Part shown: in pieces, positions 34,200 to 43,085 of the stretch
Numbering within the stretch: position 1 is the first letter of the stretch
How the letters are laid out: each line of letters starts with the position of its first letter
Assembly (NCBI GenBank): GCA_964471955.1
Contig: CAYYIK010000007.1
Coordinates: 2,729-66,728, forward strand
DNA length: 64,000 bases
Direction of reading: 5' to 3'
Source: an uncultured Thermoanaerobaculia bacterium
Lineage (GTDB): Bacteria; Acidobacteriota; Thermoanaerobaculia; Multivoradales; JAGPDF01
Translations under genes and position numbers: made by a program
Notes under the pieces: generated by a model
What the model saw: the letters and a program-made list of their open reading frames with translations, nothing else
What the model was told of the DNA's origin: nothing
Database searches by the model: none

Positions 34200-35246
34200 T
34201 CAGACCGCCGCGAGCAGGCGCTCGACGACGCGGTCCCAGCCGATGGCCGCCACCCGCTCCCGTCCGGCGACGCCGAGCCGGACGGCCTCGTCGCGATCGT
34301 CGAACAGGCGGTCGAGCCGGGAGGCGATCTCGCGCGGCGAATCGGGGGCGCAGACGAACCCGTTGACGCCGTCGGCGACGAACTCGAGCACGCCGCCGGA
34401 GTCCGCGGTGGTGACGACCGGCCGCGCCGAGCGCATCGCCTCGACGGTGACGTAGCCGTAGTCCTCGTCGAACGGGGCATAGAAGACCGCCAGCGCGCCG
34501 GCGTAGAGCTCGATCAGGGTCGCGTCGTCGATCCGCCCCGGCAGCGCCACCCGGTCGCCCACGCCGAGTCCGGCGGCGAGCGCCGCGAGCCGCTCGCGGT
34601 CCGGCCCGTCGCCGGCGATGACCGCGCGCAGCGGCCGCCGGCTGGCGGCGATCGCGCGCACCAGCAGGTCGAAGCGCTTCATCGGGTCGAGGCGGCCGAC
34701 GGTGACCACGCAGTCGCCGGGGGGGTCGGCGCGGTAGCGCTCGCCGAGCGCCGGCGGCGGGTAGAGCACTTCGGCGTCGAGGCCGTTGTGGGCCTTGAGC
34801 CGCTCGGCGGTGTTGCGCGAGATCGAGAAGAGGCCGCGCGCCTCGCCGAGCGCCCGCTGGTCGACCGAGCGGATCATCGCCGCCACCTCCTCGTCACCGC
34901 GCTGGGCGCCGAAGTCGGAGAAGCGGGTTCCGGCCAGGTCGTAGACCTGGCGGAACTGGTGGATGAGCCAGACGACCTTGCGCGGATGGCGGACGACGTA
35001 GGAGGGGAAGCGCGTCGCGATCACCAGGTCGACCCGCTCGCCGGCCGCCTCCCCCAGCTCGACGAGCCGCCAGGCGAGGGCGCTGCGCAGGATCGCCTGG
35101 CGGTTCGACCAGTTGAACGGCAGGGCGACGATCTCGACCCGGTGACCCCGCCGCACCAGCTCGTCGCGCAGCGACTCGTAGAGCACCTCGGCACCGCCGC
35201 GGGTAAAGGGTACCTGGGCGGCGCAGATCGCGATGCGCGCGCTCAC
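34200..35246 (-). CDS. Glycosyltransferase (GT4-like)
   Basis: The GTG at 35246 overlaps the upstream stop (GTGA). 348 aa. N-terminus (M)SARIAICAAQVPFTRGGAEV. The E-x7-E region is YAPFDEDYGYVTVEAM. Confidence 0.8.
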   Translation of the reverse strand: MSARIAICAAQVPFTRGGAEVLYESLRDELVRRGHRVEIVALPFNWSNRQAILRSALAWRLVELGEAAGERVDLVIATRFPSYVVRHPRKVVWLIHQFRQVYDLAGTRFSDFGAQRGDEEVAAMIRSVDQRALGEARGLFSISRNTAERLKAHNGLDAEVLYPPPALGERYRADPPGDCVVTVGRLDPMKRFDLLVRAIAASRRPLRAVIAGDGPDRERLAALAAGLGVGDRVALPGRIDDATLIELYAGALAVFYAPFDEDYGYVTVEAMRSARPVVTTADSGGVLEFVADGVNGFVCAPDSPREIASRLDRLFDDRDEAVRLGVAGRERVAAIGWDRVVERLLAAV

Positions 35247-35671
35247 GCAGCCGGTCCGGGAGGCTCGGGACGGGGCGCCAGTTCTTCGATCCGGGCGCGC
35301 AGGCGCTCGATCTGGCGCTGCGCTTCGCGCTCCCGTTCGGCCAGCTCGACGATCAGCGCCGCGGCGGCCTGGTTGAACTCGTTCTGCTGTTGCATCACCG
35401 CGCGCGCGTGCCACTTGAATCCGAGGTGGTAGAAGAGTTTGCGGGCCAGGACGAGCAGGCGCCCGATGCCCGGCCGCGGTGAAACCGGCTGCGGCTCCTG
35501 CACGAACTCGCGCTGGCGCAGCTCGGCCAGCCGGGCGGCGAGCCCCTCGCCGCCCGCGCCGAGCGCCGCCAGCTCGCCGCGCCGCAGGCGCACGCCCGCT
35601 TCGAGCGCCGCCAGTGCCGCCGCGGCGGCTTCGCGCCCGGCGTCGCCCCCCTCGTCTCCGCTCGCCTGCAT
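35243..35671 (-). CDS. Hypothetical coiled-coil protein
   Basis: ATG at 35671 (MQASGDEGG...); the track ORF extends to 35761. It is Ala/Glu/Arg-rich with a heptad-like C-terminus (EREREAQRQIERLRARIEEL). It is the first gene of the minus-strand glycosyltransferase arm. Confidence 0.5.
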   Translation of the reverse strand: MQASGDEGGDAGREAAAAALAALEAGVRLRRGELAALGAGGEGLAARLAELRQREFVQEPQPVSPRPGIGRLLVLARKLFYHLGFKWHARAVMQQQNEFNQAAAALIVELAEREREAQRQIERLRARIEELAPRPEPPGPAA

Positions 35672-35814
35672 CGCCGCCAAGTCTACGGGAAGCGGCGCGC
35701 GACGCCGCTCCCACCCCGCCGCGCGCCGGAGCCACCCGGCCGGCCGGTGCCCCGGGGCCACCCGGCGGGTAGCTTGAGCGGGGAGCGCACCGCTCGCTCC
35801 CGAGGAGGAGTGGG

Positions 35815-36285
35815 ATGAGAGTCCGGGAGATTCTTCGCCGCGAAGTCCGGGTCGCCCGGCCCGAGAGCGACCTCGCCACCATCGGCCGCACCATGGACGA
35901 AATCGGCTGCGGCATCGTGCCGATCGTCAACGAGCGCGGCCAGGCGGTCGGTGTGCTGACCGATCGCGATCTCTGCCTGGCCCTGGCGCGCGCCGACCGC
36001 CGGCCCTCCGAGATCAGGGCGCGGGACGTGATGTCGGGCGACCTGTTCACCTGCGGCGCCGGAGATTCGATCGAGGAGGCGCTGGCGCAGATGGCGCTGC
36101 ACCGCGTCCGACGCCTGCCGGTGCTCGACGAGCGCCAGCAGATCATCGGCCTGCTGTCGCTCGACGACGTCGTCCTCTACGCACGCGCCCTGGCCACCGA
36201 AGATTTCACCGGTCCGTTCTACGCCGACATCGCGCGGACCCTGATGGCGATCTGCGAGCACCCGCTGCCCGCCCCGGTCCACTGA
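35815..36285 (+). CDS. CBS domain pair protein
   Basis: 156 aa with two CBS repeats (IVPIVNERGQAVGVLTDRDL and RRLPVLDERQQIIGLLSLDDV). Confidence 0.85.
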   Translation: MRVREILRREVRVARPESDLATIGRTMDEIGCGIVPIVNERGQAVGVLTDRDLCLALARADRRPSEIRARDVMSGDLFTCGAGDSIEEALAQMALHRVRRLPVLDERQQIIGLLSLDDVVLYARALATEDFTGPFYADIARTLMAICEHPLPAPVH

Positions 36286-36455
36286 GCCGGTCCGGGGGCG
36301 GCCCGCCGCGCCGCCGGCGACGATAGACTTGCCGGGTTCCGGCCGGCCGCGAGACGCGCCGGCCGCCGCCCCCGGAGGATCCGATCCCGTCTTCGCGCCG
36401 TCCCCGCATCGCCGTCGACCTGCGCGCCGTCGTCGCCGAGCCGACCGGCATCGGG

Positions 36456-37520
36456 GTGCACACCCTCGAATTGCTCGAACGGCTGGCGCGCGCCGGCGAG
36501 TTCGAGTTCGTCGGCCTCGCCCACCGCGAACCGCGACCCGCCGCCCGCCTGCGCGCCGCCGGCGTCGCGATCGAGTGGCAGCGCGCGCCGCTCGGCGTCG
36601 TCTGGCAGCAGCTCGTGCTGCCGCGCCGGCTCGCGGCGGGTGACCTCGATCTCTTCTGGTCGCCGCTGCAGACGCTCCCCGGACGGCTGCCGATTCCGGC
36701 GATCGCGACGATCCACGACCTCGCGGTGCTGCTCTACCCGGAGACGCTGCCGCTGCGGGTGCGCTGGAGCCAGATCCCCTTCCTCGCCACGACGGTCGAC
36801 CGGGCGACGCGCCTGATCGCGGTGTCGCGCGCGACCGCGGACGACCTGGTCGCCGCCTTCCCCGCCGCCGCCGGCAAGGTCGAGGTCATCGCCAACGGCG
36901 TCGACGCCGCCTGGCGCCCCGGCGAGGCCCCGGCGATCGCCGCCACCCGGGAGGCCCTGGGGGCGCCGGGTGGCTACCTGCTCTCGGTCGGCACGCTGGA
37001 GCCGCGCAAGAACCTCGACCTGCTGCTCGACGCCTGGCTGCTGCTGCGCGACGAGCTCGGCGAGGCGACGCCGCCGTTGCTGCTCTCCGGCTCCCCGGGC
37101 TGGAAGAGCCGCGCCCTCGACGCCCGGCTCGCCGCGCTCGCGCCGCTCGGCGTGCGCCGGCTCGGCCGGCTGCCGCTGGCCGACCTGCGGGCCGCCGTGC
37201 AGGCGGCCACCGTCTTCGTCTACCCGTCGCTCTACGAGGGGTTCGGCCTGCCGGTGCTCGAAGCGATGGCCTGCGCCGTACCGGTCGTCGTCTCGCGCAC
37301 CCCCGCTCTGCTGGAGGTCACGGGAGACGCCGGCTGCGCGATCGAACCGGACGACCCGGCCGGGCTCGCCGCCGAGCTGGCCGCTCTGCTCGCCGATCCG
37401 CGGCGCGCCGCCGCCTTCGGCCAGCGGGGCCGCGAGCGCTCGCTGGACTTGTCCTGGGACGCGGCGGCGCAGCGGCTCGGCGAGCTCTTCCGGGCGGTTC
37501 TCGCGGAGGGCCGGGCGTGA
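36456..37520 (+). CDS. Glycosyltransferase (GT4-like); the true N-terminus probably lies upstream (see finding)
   Basis: 354-aa ORF from GTG 36456, with YPSLYEGFGLPVLEAM (E-x7-E). The in-frame upstream peptide PRIAVDLRAVVAEPTGIG looks like the missing first beta-strand and Gly loop, but no ATG, GTG or TTG is available there. Confidence 0.8.
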   Translation: MHTLELLERLARAGEFEFVGLAHREPRPAARLRAAGVAIEWQRAPLGVVWQQLVLPRRLAAGDLDLFWSPLQTLPGRLPIPAIATIHDLAVLLYPETLPLRVRWSQIPFLATTVDRATRLIAVSRATADDLVAAFPAAAGKVEVIANGVDAAWRPGEAPAIAATREALGAPGGYLLSVGTLEPRKNLDLLLDAWLLLRDELGEATPPLLLSGSPGWKSRALDARLAALAPLGVRRLGRLPLADLRAAVQAATVFVYPSLYEGFGLPVLEAMACAVPVVVSRTPALLEVTGDAGCAIEPDDPAGLAAELAALLADPRRAAAFGQRGRERSLDLSWDAAAQRLGELFRAVLAEGRA

Positions 37521-38662
37521 CGACGATCGCCATCGACGCACGCAAGATCGCCGACTTCGGCATCGGCACCTACCTGCGCGGACTGATCGGCGCCCTGGCG
37601 CGCCTCGATCGCGACCACCGCTACCTCCTGCTGGGCGGCGCCGAGGGGGCCTCGGCGCTCCCCCTGCTGCCGGGCAACTTCCGCTGGATCGAGGAGAGGT
37701 CCCCCGGCTACTCCCTGCGCGAGCTGGTCACCGTTTCGCGCGCCGTCCGGCGCGAGCGGGTCGACCTCTTCCACGCGCCCCACTACGTCCTGCCGCTCGC
37801 TCTCCCGTGCCCGGCGGTGGTGACGATCCACGATCTCATCCACCTGCGCTTCCCGGAGCTGCGCAGCCCGCTCGAACGGGTCTACGCGCGCTGGATGATC
37901 GGCCGCGCGGCGCACCGGGCGGCGCGGGTGATCGCCGTCTCGCAAGCCACCGCCGGGGAGCTCGCCGGCCGCTTCGGGGTCGATCCGCAACGGGTCGAAG
38001 TCATCCCGAACGGCGTCGACGAACGGTTCCACCGCGAAGTGCCGGCGGCCGAGGTCGAGGCGACGCTCGCCGCGCTCGATCTCGCGCCCGGTTACCTGCT
38101 CTTCGTCGGCAATCCGAAGCCACACAAGAACCTCGATCGGCTGCTGGCGGCGGTTGCGCGCCTGGCCGGCCGGCCCGGCGGAGCGCCGATGCTGGTTCTG
38201 GCGGGCGACCGGGACGAGGCGTCGCCGCTGCCCCGGCAGATTGCCGCCGCCGGGCTGGTGCCCACCGTCCGCCATCTCGGCCACCTGCCCGACGCCGACC
38301 TGCCGGCGCTCTACCGCGGCGCGGCGCTGCTGGTCCAGCCATCGCTCTGGGAGGGGTTCGGCCTGCCGGTGGCCGAGGCGATGGCGCTCGGCGTGCCGGT
38401 CCTCGCCGCCGACCGCGGGGCCCTCCCCGAAGTGGCCGGCGACGCGGCGCGACTGGTCGACCCGGAGGACGTCGGGGCCATCGCCGCCGCCATCGCCGCC
38501 CTGCTGGACGATCCGGCGGCGCGCGCCGAGCTGTCCCGGCGGGGGCGTCAGCGCGCCGCCGGGCTGCACTGGGAAGCGGCGGCCCGCCGCACGCTGGCCG
38601 TCTACGAGGCGGTGCTCGGCGGCGGGGACGGAGCGCCGGCGCCGCGGGAGGGCGGGCGATGA
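37517..38662 (+). CDS. Glycosyltransferase (GT4-like)
   Basis: 381 aa. The GTG overlaps the upstream stop (GTGA). N-terminus TTIAIDARKIADFGIGTYLRG, plus QPSLWEGFGLPVAEAM. Confidence 0.85.
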   Translation: MTTIAIDARKIADFGIGTYLRGLIGALARLDRDHRYLLLGGAEGASALPLLPGNFRWIEERSPGYSLRELVTVSRAVRRERVDLFHAPHYVLPLALPCPAVVTIHDLIHLRFPELRSPLERVYARWMIGRAAHRAARVIAVSQATAGELAGRFGVDPQRVEVIPNGVDERFHREVPAAEVEATLAALDLAPGYLLFVGNPKPHKNLDRLLAAVARLAGRPGGAPMLVLAGDRDEASPLPRQIAAAGLVPTVRHLGHLPDADLPALYRGAALLVQPSLWEGFGLPVAEAMALGVPVLAADRGALPEVAGDAARLVDPEDVGAIAAAIAALLDDPAARAELSRRGRQRAAGLHWEAAARRTLAVYEAVLGGGDGAPAPREGGR

Positions 38663-39765
38663 GGGCTCCCGTCGGGCTCGTCCACGACTGGCTGACCGGC
38701 CAGCGCGGCGGCGAGAACGTCCTGGTCGAGATCGCCCGCCTCTTCCCGCGGGCGCCGATCCACACGCTCTTCCACTTCCCGGGCAGCGTTTCGCCGGAGA
38801 TCGAGGCGCACCCGATCGTCACCAGCTTCCTGCAGCGCGCGCCCGGGCTCGATCCCGGCTATCGCTGGTTCCTGCCGCTCTTTCCGTTCGCCATCGAGGA
38901 CCTGCCGACCACCGACCACCGGCTGCTCGTCTCTTCGAGTCACTGCGTCGCCAAAGGGGCGCGGCGCGGCCCCGGCGCCTTTCACCTCTGCTACTGCCAC
39001 ACGCCGGTGCGCTACGCCTGGGACCAGCAGGAGGCCTACTTCGGCGGCCGCGGCGCTCTGCGCCTCGCCCAGCGGCTGGTGCTCGCCGGCCTCCGGCGCT
39101 GGGACGTCGCCACCGCCGGCCGGGTCGATCACTACGTCGCCAACTCCCGGTTCGTCGCCGAACGGATTCGGCGCTACTACGGCCGCCGGGCGGACGTTCT
39201 GGCACCGCCGGTCGACACGGAGTGGTACCAGCCCGGCGGCGAAGGTCGGCGCGAGCACGTCCTGGTCGTCGCCGCCCTGGCCCCCTACAAAAGGGTGGAT
39301 CTGGCGATTCAGGCCTGTGAAAGGGCGGGACTCCCCCTGGTGGTGGTCGGCGAAGGCCCCGAGCGGGGCCGCCTCGAGAGGATGGCGGGGGGCCGGACCC
39401 GCTTCGCCGGCCGGGTCGATCCCGACCGGCTGCGCGAGCTCTACCGGGGGGCGATCTGCTTCCTGCAGACGGGCATCGAGGACTTCGGCATCGCCGCGGC
39501 CGAGGCCCTGGCCTGCGGCACTCCGGTGGTCGCCGCCGGCGCCGGCGGGGTGCTCGATATCGTGGTCGACGGCGAGCACGGACGGCTCTACGATCCGGAG
39601 GCCCCCGGGGCGGTGGATGCCGCGATTGACAATTGTCTCCGGATGGAGTTCAATTTCGTGAACCTACGGAGGCGGGCGGAGACGTTCTCCGCCGGGCATT
39701 TCGCCCAAGGGCTCAGGGAGATGCTCATCTCCCGCTGGCCGGACGCGGAGGGGATCCCGGTTTGA
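38659..39765 (+). CDS. Glycosyltransferase (GT4-like)
   Basis: The ATG at 38659 overlaps the upstream stop (ATGA). 368 aa. N-terminus MRAPVGLVHDWLTGQRGGENV, plus EDFGIAAAEALACGTPVV. Confidence 0.82.
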   Translation: MRAPVGLVHDWLTGQRGGENVLVEIARLFPRAPIHTLFHFPGSVSPEIEAHPIVTSFLQRAPGLDPGYRWFLPLFPFAIEDLPTTDHRLLVSSSHCVAKGARRGPGAFHLCYCHTPVRYAWDQQEAYFGGRGALRLAQRLVLAGLRRWDVATAGRVDHYVANSRFVAERIRRYYGRRADVLAPPVDTEWYQPGGEGRREHVLVVAALAPYKRVDLAIQACERAGLPLVVVGEGPERGRLERMAGGRTRFAGRVDPDRLRELYRGAICFLQTGIEDFGIAAAEALACGTPVVAAGAGGVLDIVVDGEHGRLYDPEAPGAVDAAIDNCLRMEFNFVNLRRRAETFSAGHFAQGLREMLISRWPDAEGIPV

Positions 39766-41189
39766 TCCAGCAGCGCCACCGCATCACCGCGGCGGTCCTC
39801 TTCGCGGGGGACGTCGTCGCAACGCTGGCCGCCTTCTTCGGCGCCTGGCTCCTCCGTTTCGAAGTCGAACTCGTTCCGCTGACCAAGAGCACGCCGGAGC
39901 TCGGCCGCTACGTCGAGCTGCTGCCGATCATCCTGCTGCTCTTCCCGCTGGTCTTCTACTTCCTCGGCCTCTACCGGCCGCGGCCGAGCGCCAGCCGGGT
40001 CGAGGAGGCGGTGGCCGTCCTCTCGGCGGTGCTGCTGGCGACCATCCTGCTGTCGGGCGTCGTCTCCTGGTACCGGCCGGCGCTGCGCCCCGGCAGCATC
40101 GAGTACTTCACCTACAGCCGCGCCTTCCTCGCCCTCTTCGCGGTGGTCCAGGTGGCGATGGTGGTGCTCGGCCGGGCCGCGGTGCGCTGGTTGCTGCACA
40201 GCGCCAGCGTCCACGCCGGCAGCGCGCAGCGCATCCTGGTGGTCGGCGCCGGCAAGCTCGGCCTCGAGATCACCTCCAAGCTGCTCGCCCACCGCGACCA
40301 CGGCCTCGAGGTCGTCGGCTTCCTCGACGACGACCCCAACAAGCTCGGCCGGCAGATTCTCGGCCGACCGGTGCTCGGCATGACGCGCGACGTCGAACGC
40401 GTCCTCGCCGAGCAGAAGATCGACCAGCTCTTCGTCGCCCTCCCCCTCGAAGCCCACAAGAAGATGATGCGCCTGCTGCAGGCGGTGGGCAGCGAGTGCG
40501 TCGAAGTCAAGCTCGTCCCCGACATCCTGCAGTACGCGACGATCAAGGCGACGCTCGAGGAGATCGACGGCACGCCGGTGATCAACCTCTCGCAGCTGCC
40601 GCTGCAGGGCTGGAACAGCCTGGTCAAGCGGCTGCTCGACGTCGTCCTGTCGGCCGCCGGCCTGGTGGTGCTGCTCCCGTTCTTCCCGCTGCTGGCGCTG
40701 ATCATCTGGCTCGACGACCGCGGCCCGATCTTCTACCGCCAGGAGCGCATGGGCCTCGACGGCCGCCCCTTCTGGATCTGGAAGTTCCGCTCGATGCGAG
40801 TCAACGCCGAGGCCTCCACCGGGCCGATCTGGGCCATCCAGGGGGATCCGCGGCGCACCGTCGTCGGCGGCGTGCTGCGCCGCTGGTCGATCGACGAGCT
40901 GCCGCAGCTGTGGAATGTGCTGCGCGGCGACATGTCGCTGGTCGGTCCCCGCCCCGAGCGCCCGACCTTCGTCCAGGAGTTCAAGCAGCGCCTGCCGCAG
41001 TACATGCTGCGTCACAAGGTCAAGGCCGGAATCACCGGCTGGGCCCAGGTGCACGGCTGGCGCGGCAACACCTCGATCCGCAAGCGGCTCGAGTACGACC
41101 TCTACTACATCGAGAACTGGTCGCTGGGGCTGGATCTGAAGATCCTCTGGATGACGCTCCGGCACGGCCTGCGCCACAACGCCCACTGA
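39762..41189 (+). CDS. Polyprenyl-phosphate glycosyl-1-phosphate transferase (WbaP/EpsB-type priming sugar transferase)
   Basis: The TTG at 39762 overlaps the upstream stop (TTGA). 475 aa. N-terminal TM helices are followed by the conserved C-terminal bacterial sugar-transferase domain (RMGLDGRPFWIWKFRSM...DELPQLWNVLRGDMSLVGPRPERP...YIENWSLGLDLKIL). Confidence 0.92.
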   Translation: MIQQRHRITAAVLFAGDVVATLAAFFGAWLLRFEVELVPLTKSTPELGRYVELLPIILLLFPLVFYFLGLYRPRPSASRVEEAVAVLSAVLLATILLSGVVSWYRPALRPGSIEYFTYSRAFLALFAVVQVAMVVLGRAAVRWLLHSASVHAGSAQRILVVGAGKLGLEITSKLLAHRDHGLEVVGFLDDDPNKLGRQILGRPVLGMTRDVERVLAEQKIDQLFVALPLEAHKKMMRLLQAVGSECVEVKLVPDILQYATIKATLEEIDGTPVINLSQLPLQGWNSLVKRLLDVVLSAAGLVVLLPFFPLLALIIWLDDRGPIFYRQERMGLDGRPFWIWKFRSMRVNAEASTGPIWAIQGDPRRTVVGGVLRRWSIDELPQLWNVLRGDMSLVGPRPERPTFVQEFKQRLPQYMLRHKVKAGITGWAQVHGWRGNTSIRKRLEYDLYYIENWSLGLDLKILWMTLRHGLRHNAH

Positions 41190-42694
41190 TGACCGACCAT
41201 CGCTTCGAGCCGCGGGCGCCCGCCGCCCGCCCGGCCATCGCCTCGTTCGCCGTCTTCGCCCTGGCCATGCTCGCCGCCGCCGGATGCCGCCGGCCCGAGG
41301 CTCCGGCCGCGGCCTCCACCGCCGCGACCCCGACGACGCCGCCGAACATCCTGCTGATCACCGTCGACACGCTGCGCGCCGACCATCTGTCGGCCTGGGG
41401 CTATCCCCGTCCCACCTCGCCGCGCCTCGACCAGCTCGCCGCCGAAGGGGCGCGCTTCGCGGCCGCCCAGGTACAGTGGCCCAAGACGGGGCCCTCCTTC
41501 GCCTCCATGTTCACCTCGACCTACCCGAAGGACAACGGCAACGTCCGCCAGGTCGGCATCCCGCTCCCCTGCGAGTTCACCACCCTCGCGGAACGCCTGC
41601 AGCGGGCCGGCTGGGCGACGCGCGCCGTGGTGGCCAACGGCGCGCTGGCGCGCGAGTTCAACTTCGACCAGGGGTTCGACGCCTACGTCGAGGCGTGGCA
41701 GAACCCGCACCCCGGGGGCGGCGATCCGATTCGCGCCGAGAACGTCACCCGCCTGGCGCTCGAGAACGCGGCCGAGTTGCCCGCCGACCGTCCATGGTTT
41801 CTCTGGGTGCACTACATCGATCCACACTTCCCCTATCGCGCCCCGGACGCCTGGCGCGACCGGTTCCAGGGGGACGAGCACTTCCGCGACGAGCCGCGCA
41901 TTCGGGTGCTCGACAAGTATTCGCAACAGCTGGCCGGCATCGGCAAGCGGCAGACCCTCGACGGCGAGGATCGCCTCGCCTTCTACGTGGCGCGCTACGA
42001 CGCCGAGATCGCCTACGCCGACGAACAGATCGGCGTCCTGCTCGACCGCCTGCGCGAGACGGGGCGAATGGCCGACACGGTGACCGCCTTCACTTCCGAC
42101 CACGGCGAGTCGCTCGGCGACCACGAGTACTACTTCGATCACGGCCGATTCGCCTTCCAGACCTGCCTGCACGTGCCCCTCGTTCTGCACTGGCCGGGGC
42201 GGATCGCGCCGGTGGTGCGCGAGGAACCGGTCGCCCTGCTCGACCTGGCGCCGACGCTGCTCGCCGCCGCCGGGCTGCTCCCCGAGACGGGTGCCTGGGC
42301 GCAGGGAGAGAGTCTCTGGCCGGCGCTGCGCGGCGGCGAGCCGGGGCGCCCGATCGTCTTCGCGGAAGGGGGCACCGCGACGAAGCGCCAGTGGATCAAG
42401 ACGGCGCGCGACGGCCGCTTCAAGCTGCAGCACACCAATCAGGCGGGCGAGCAGCGCTGGATCGCCGGCAAGGGGGTCGACTACGCCCTCTTCGACCTCT
42501 CCGCCGATCCCGGCGAGACGCGCAACGTCGCCGCCGAGCACCCCGAGGAGCTGGCGCGCCTGCAGCGCGCCCTCGCCGAGTGGTGGCGGCAGCCGCCGTT
42601 CGACGTTCGCACCGACGAACGGACCGACTGCGCCGCCGGCCGCGCCGTCGAGGCCGGCACGACCGAGCAGCTCGAGGCTCTCGGCTATCTCTGA
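41189..42694 (+). CDS. Sulfatase-like (alkaline phosphatase superfamily) lipoprotein with Thr at the nucleophile position
   Basis: The ATG shares 1 nt with the upstream stop. 501 aa. Lipobox LAAAGC. It has NILLITVDTLRADHL, and the site that normally reads C/S-x-P-x-R reads T-G-P-S-F (TGPSFASMFTSTYP). Confidence 0.8.
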   Translation: MTDHRFEPRAPAARPAIASFAVFALAMLAAAGCRRPEAPAAASTAATPTTPPNILLITVDTLRADHLSAWGYPRPTSPRLDQLAAEGARFAAAQVQWPKTGPSFASMFTSTYPKDNGNVRQVGIPLPCEFTTLAERLQRAGWATRAVVANGALAREFNFDQGFDAYVEAWQNPHPGGGDPIRAENVTRLALENAAELPADRPWFLWVHYIDPHFPYRAPDAWRDRFQGDEHFRDEPRIRVLDKYSQQLAGIGKRQTLDGEDRLAFYVARYDAEIAYADEQIGVLLDRLRETGRMADTVTAFTSDHGESLGDHEYYFDHGRFAFQTCLHVPLVLHWPGRIAPVVREEPVALLDLAPTLLAAAGLLPETGAWAQGESLWPALRGGEPGRPIVFAEGGTATKRQWIKTARDGRFKLQHTNQAGEQRWIAGKGVDYALFDLSADPGETRNVAAEHPEELARLQRALAEWWRQPPFDVRTDERTDCAAGRAVEAGTTEQLEALGYL

Positions 42695-42715
42695 GCCGGC
42701 GTCCTCTCCTTGGGT

Positions 42716-43074
42716 CTTCACCGGTTCGAGTGGGTGATCCCTTGTCGGGGCGGGACGGCTGGGCGGAACGACGCGTCCGGTTCAAGAGTGCGGACACAAG
42801 CTTCCAAAGAATGGAATGACGGCTCCCGGTGGAGTCTGGATCGGGCGTGGCGGGCTCGAAGCGACCGGAGTCCACCCCCGCCGTCTGGCCCCACCGGTCG
42901 CTGGCCGACCCCTACTCTGGCTTTTCCCCTATCTGGAAGCTTGTGTCCCCGGGCGTACACCTTGCGTCGGCATCGACCAGTTCGAGTTTCGGTGCCTGTC
43001 CCCGAGATAGGAGTCTTGGTGCCTGTCCCCGAAATACCGCCTCGCGGTGGCGCCACCCACTCGAACCGGGGAAG
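42716..43074. mobile_element. MITE-like non-autonomous element or structured non-coding element (359 bp)
   Basis: 21-bp terminal inverted repeats CTTCACCGGTTCGAGTGGGTG (42716-42736) and CACCCACTCGAACCGGGGAAG (43054-43074), with 1 mismatch. It is flanked by an identical 13-bp direct repeat GCGTCCTCTCCTT (42699-42711 and 43074-43086). A nested 15-bp perfect inverted repeat is GGACACAAGCTTCCA (42792-42806) with TGGAAGCTTGTGTCC (42934-42948). GC is lower than the surroundings, and there is no credible ORF. Confidence 0.55.
42991..43036. repeat. Two-copy direct repeat (27-bp period) inside the MITE-like element
   Basis: GGTGCCTGTCCCCGAGATA (42991-43009) and GGTGCCTGTCCCCGAAATA (43018-43036). Confidence 0.8.
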
Positions 43075-43085
43075 CGTCCTCTCCT

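Noticed and set aside
42991-43036. Possible CRISPR array (direct repeats with a spacer)
   Set aside because: There are only two 19-bp copies with an 8-nt gap, embedded in a larger inverted-repeat element. No cas genes are present in the window.
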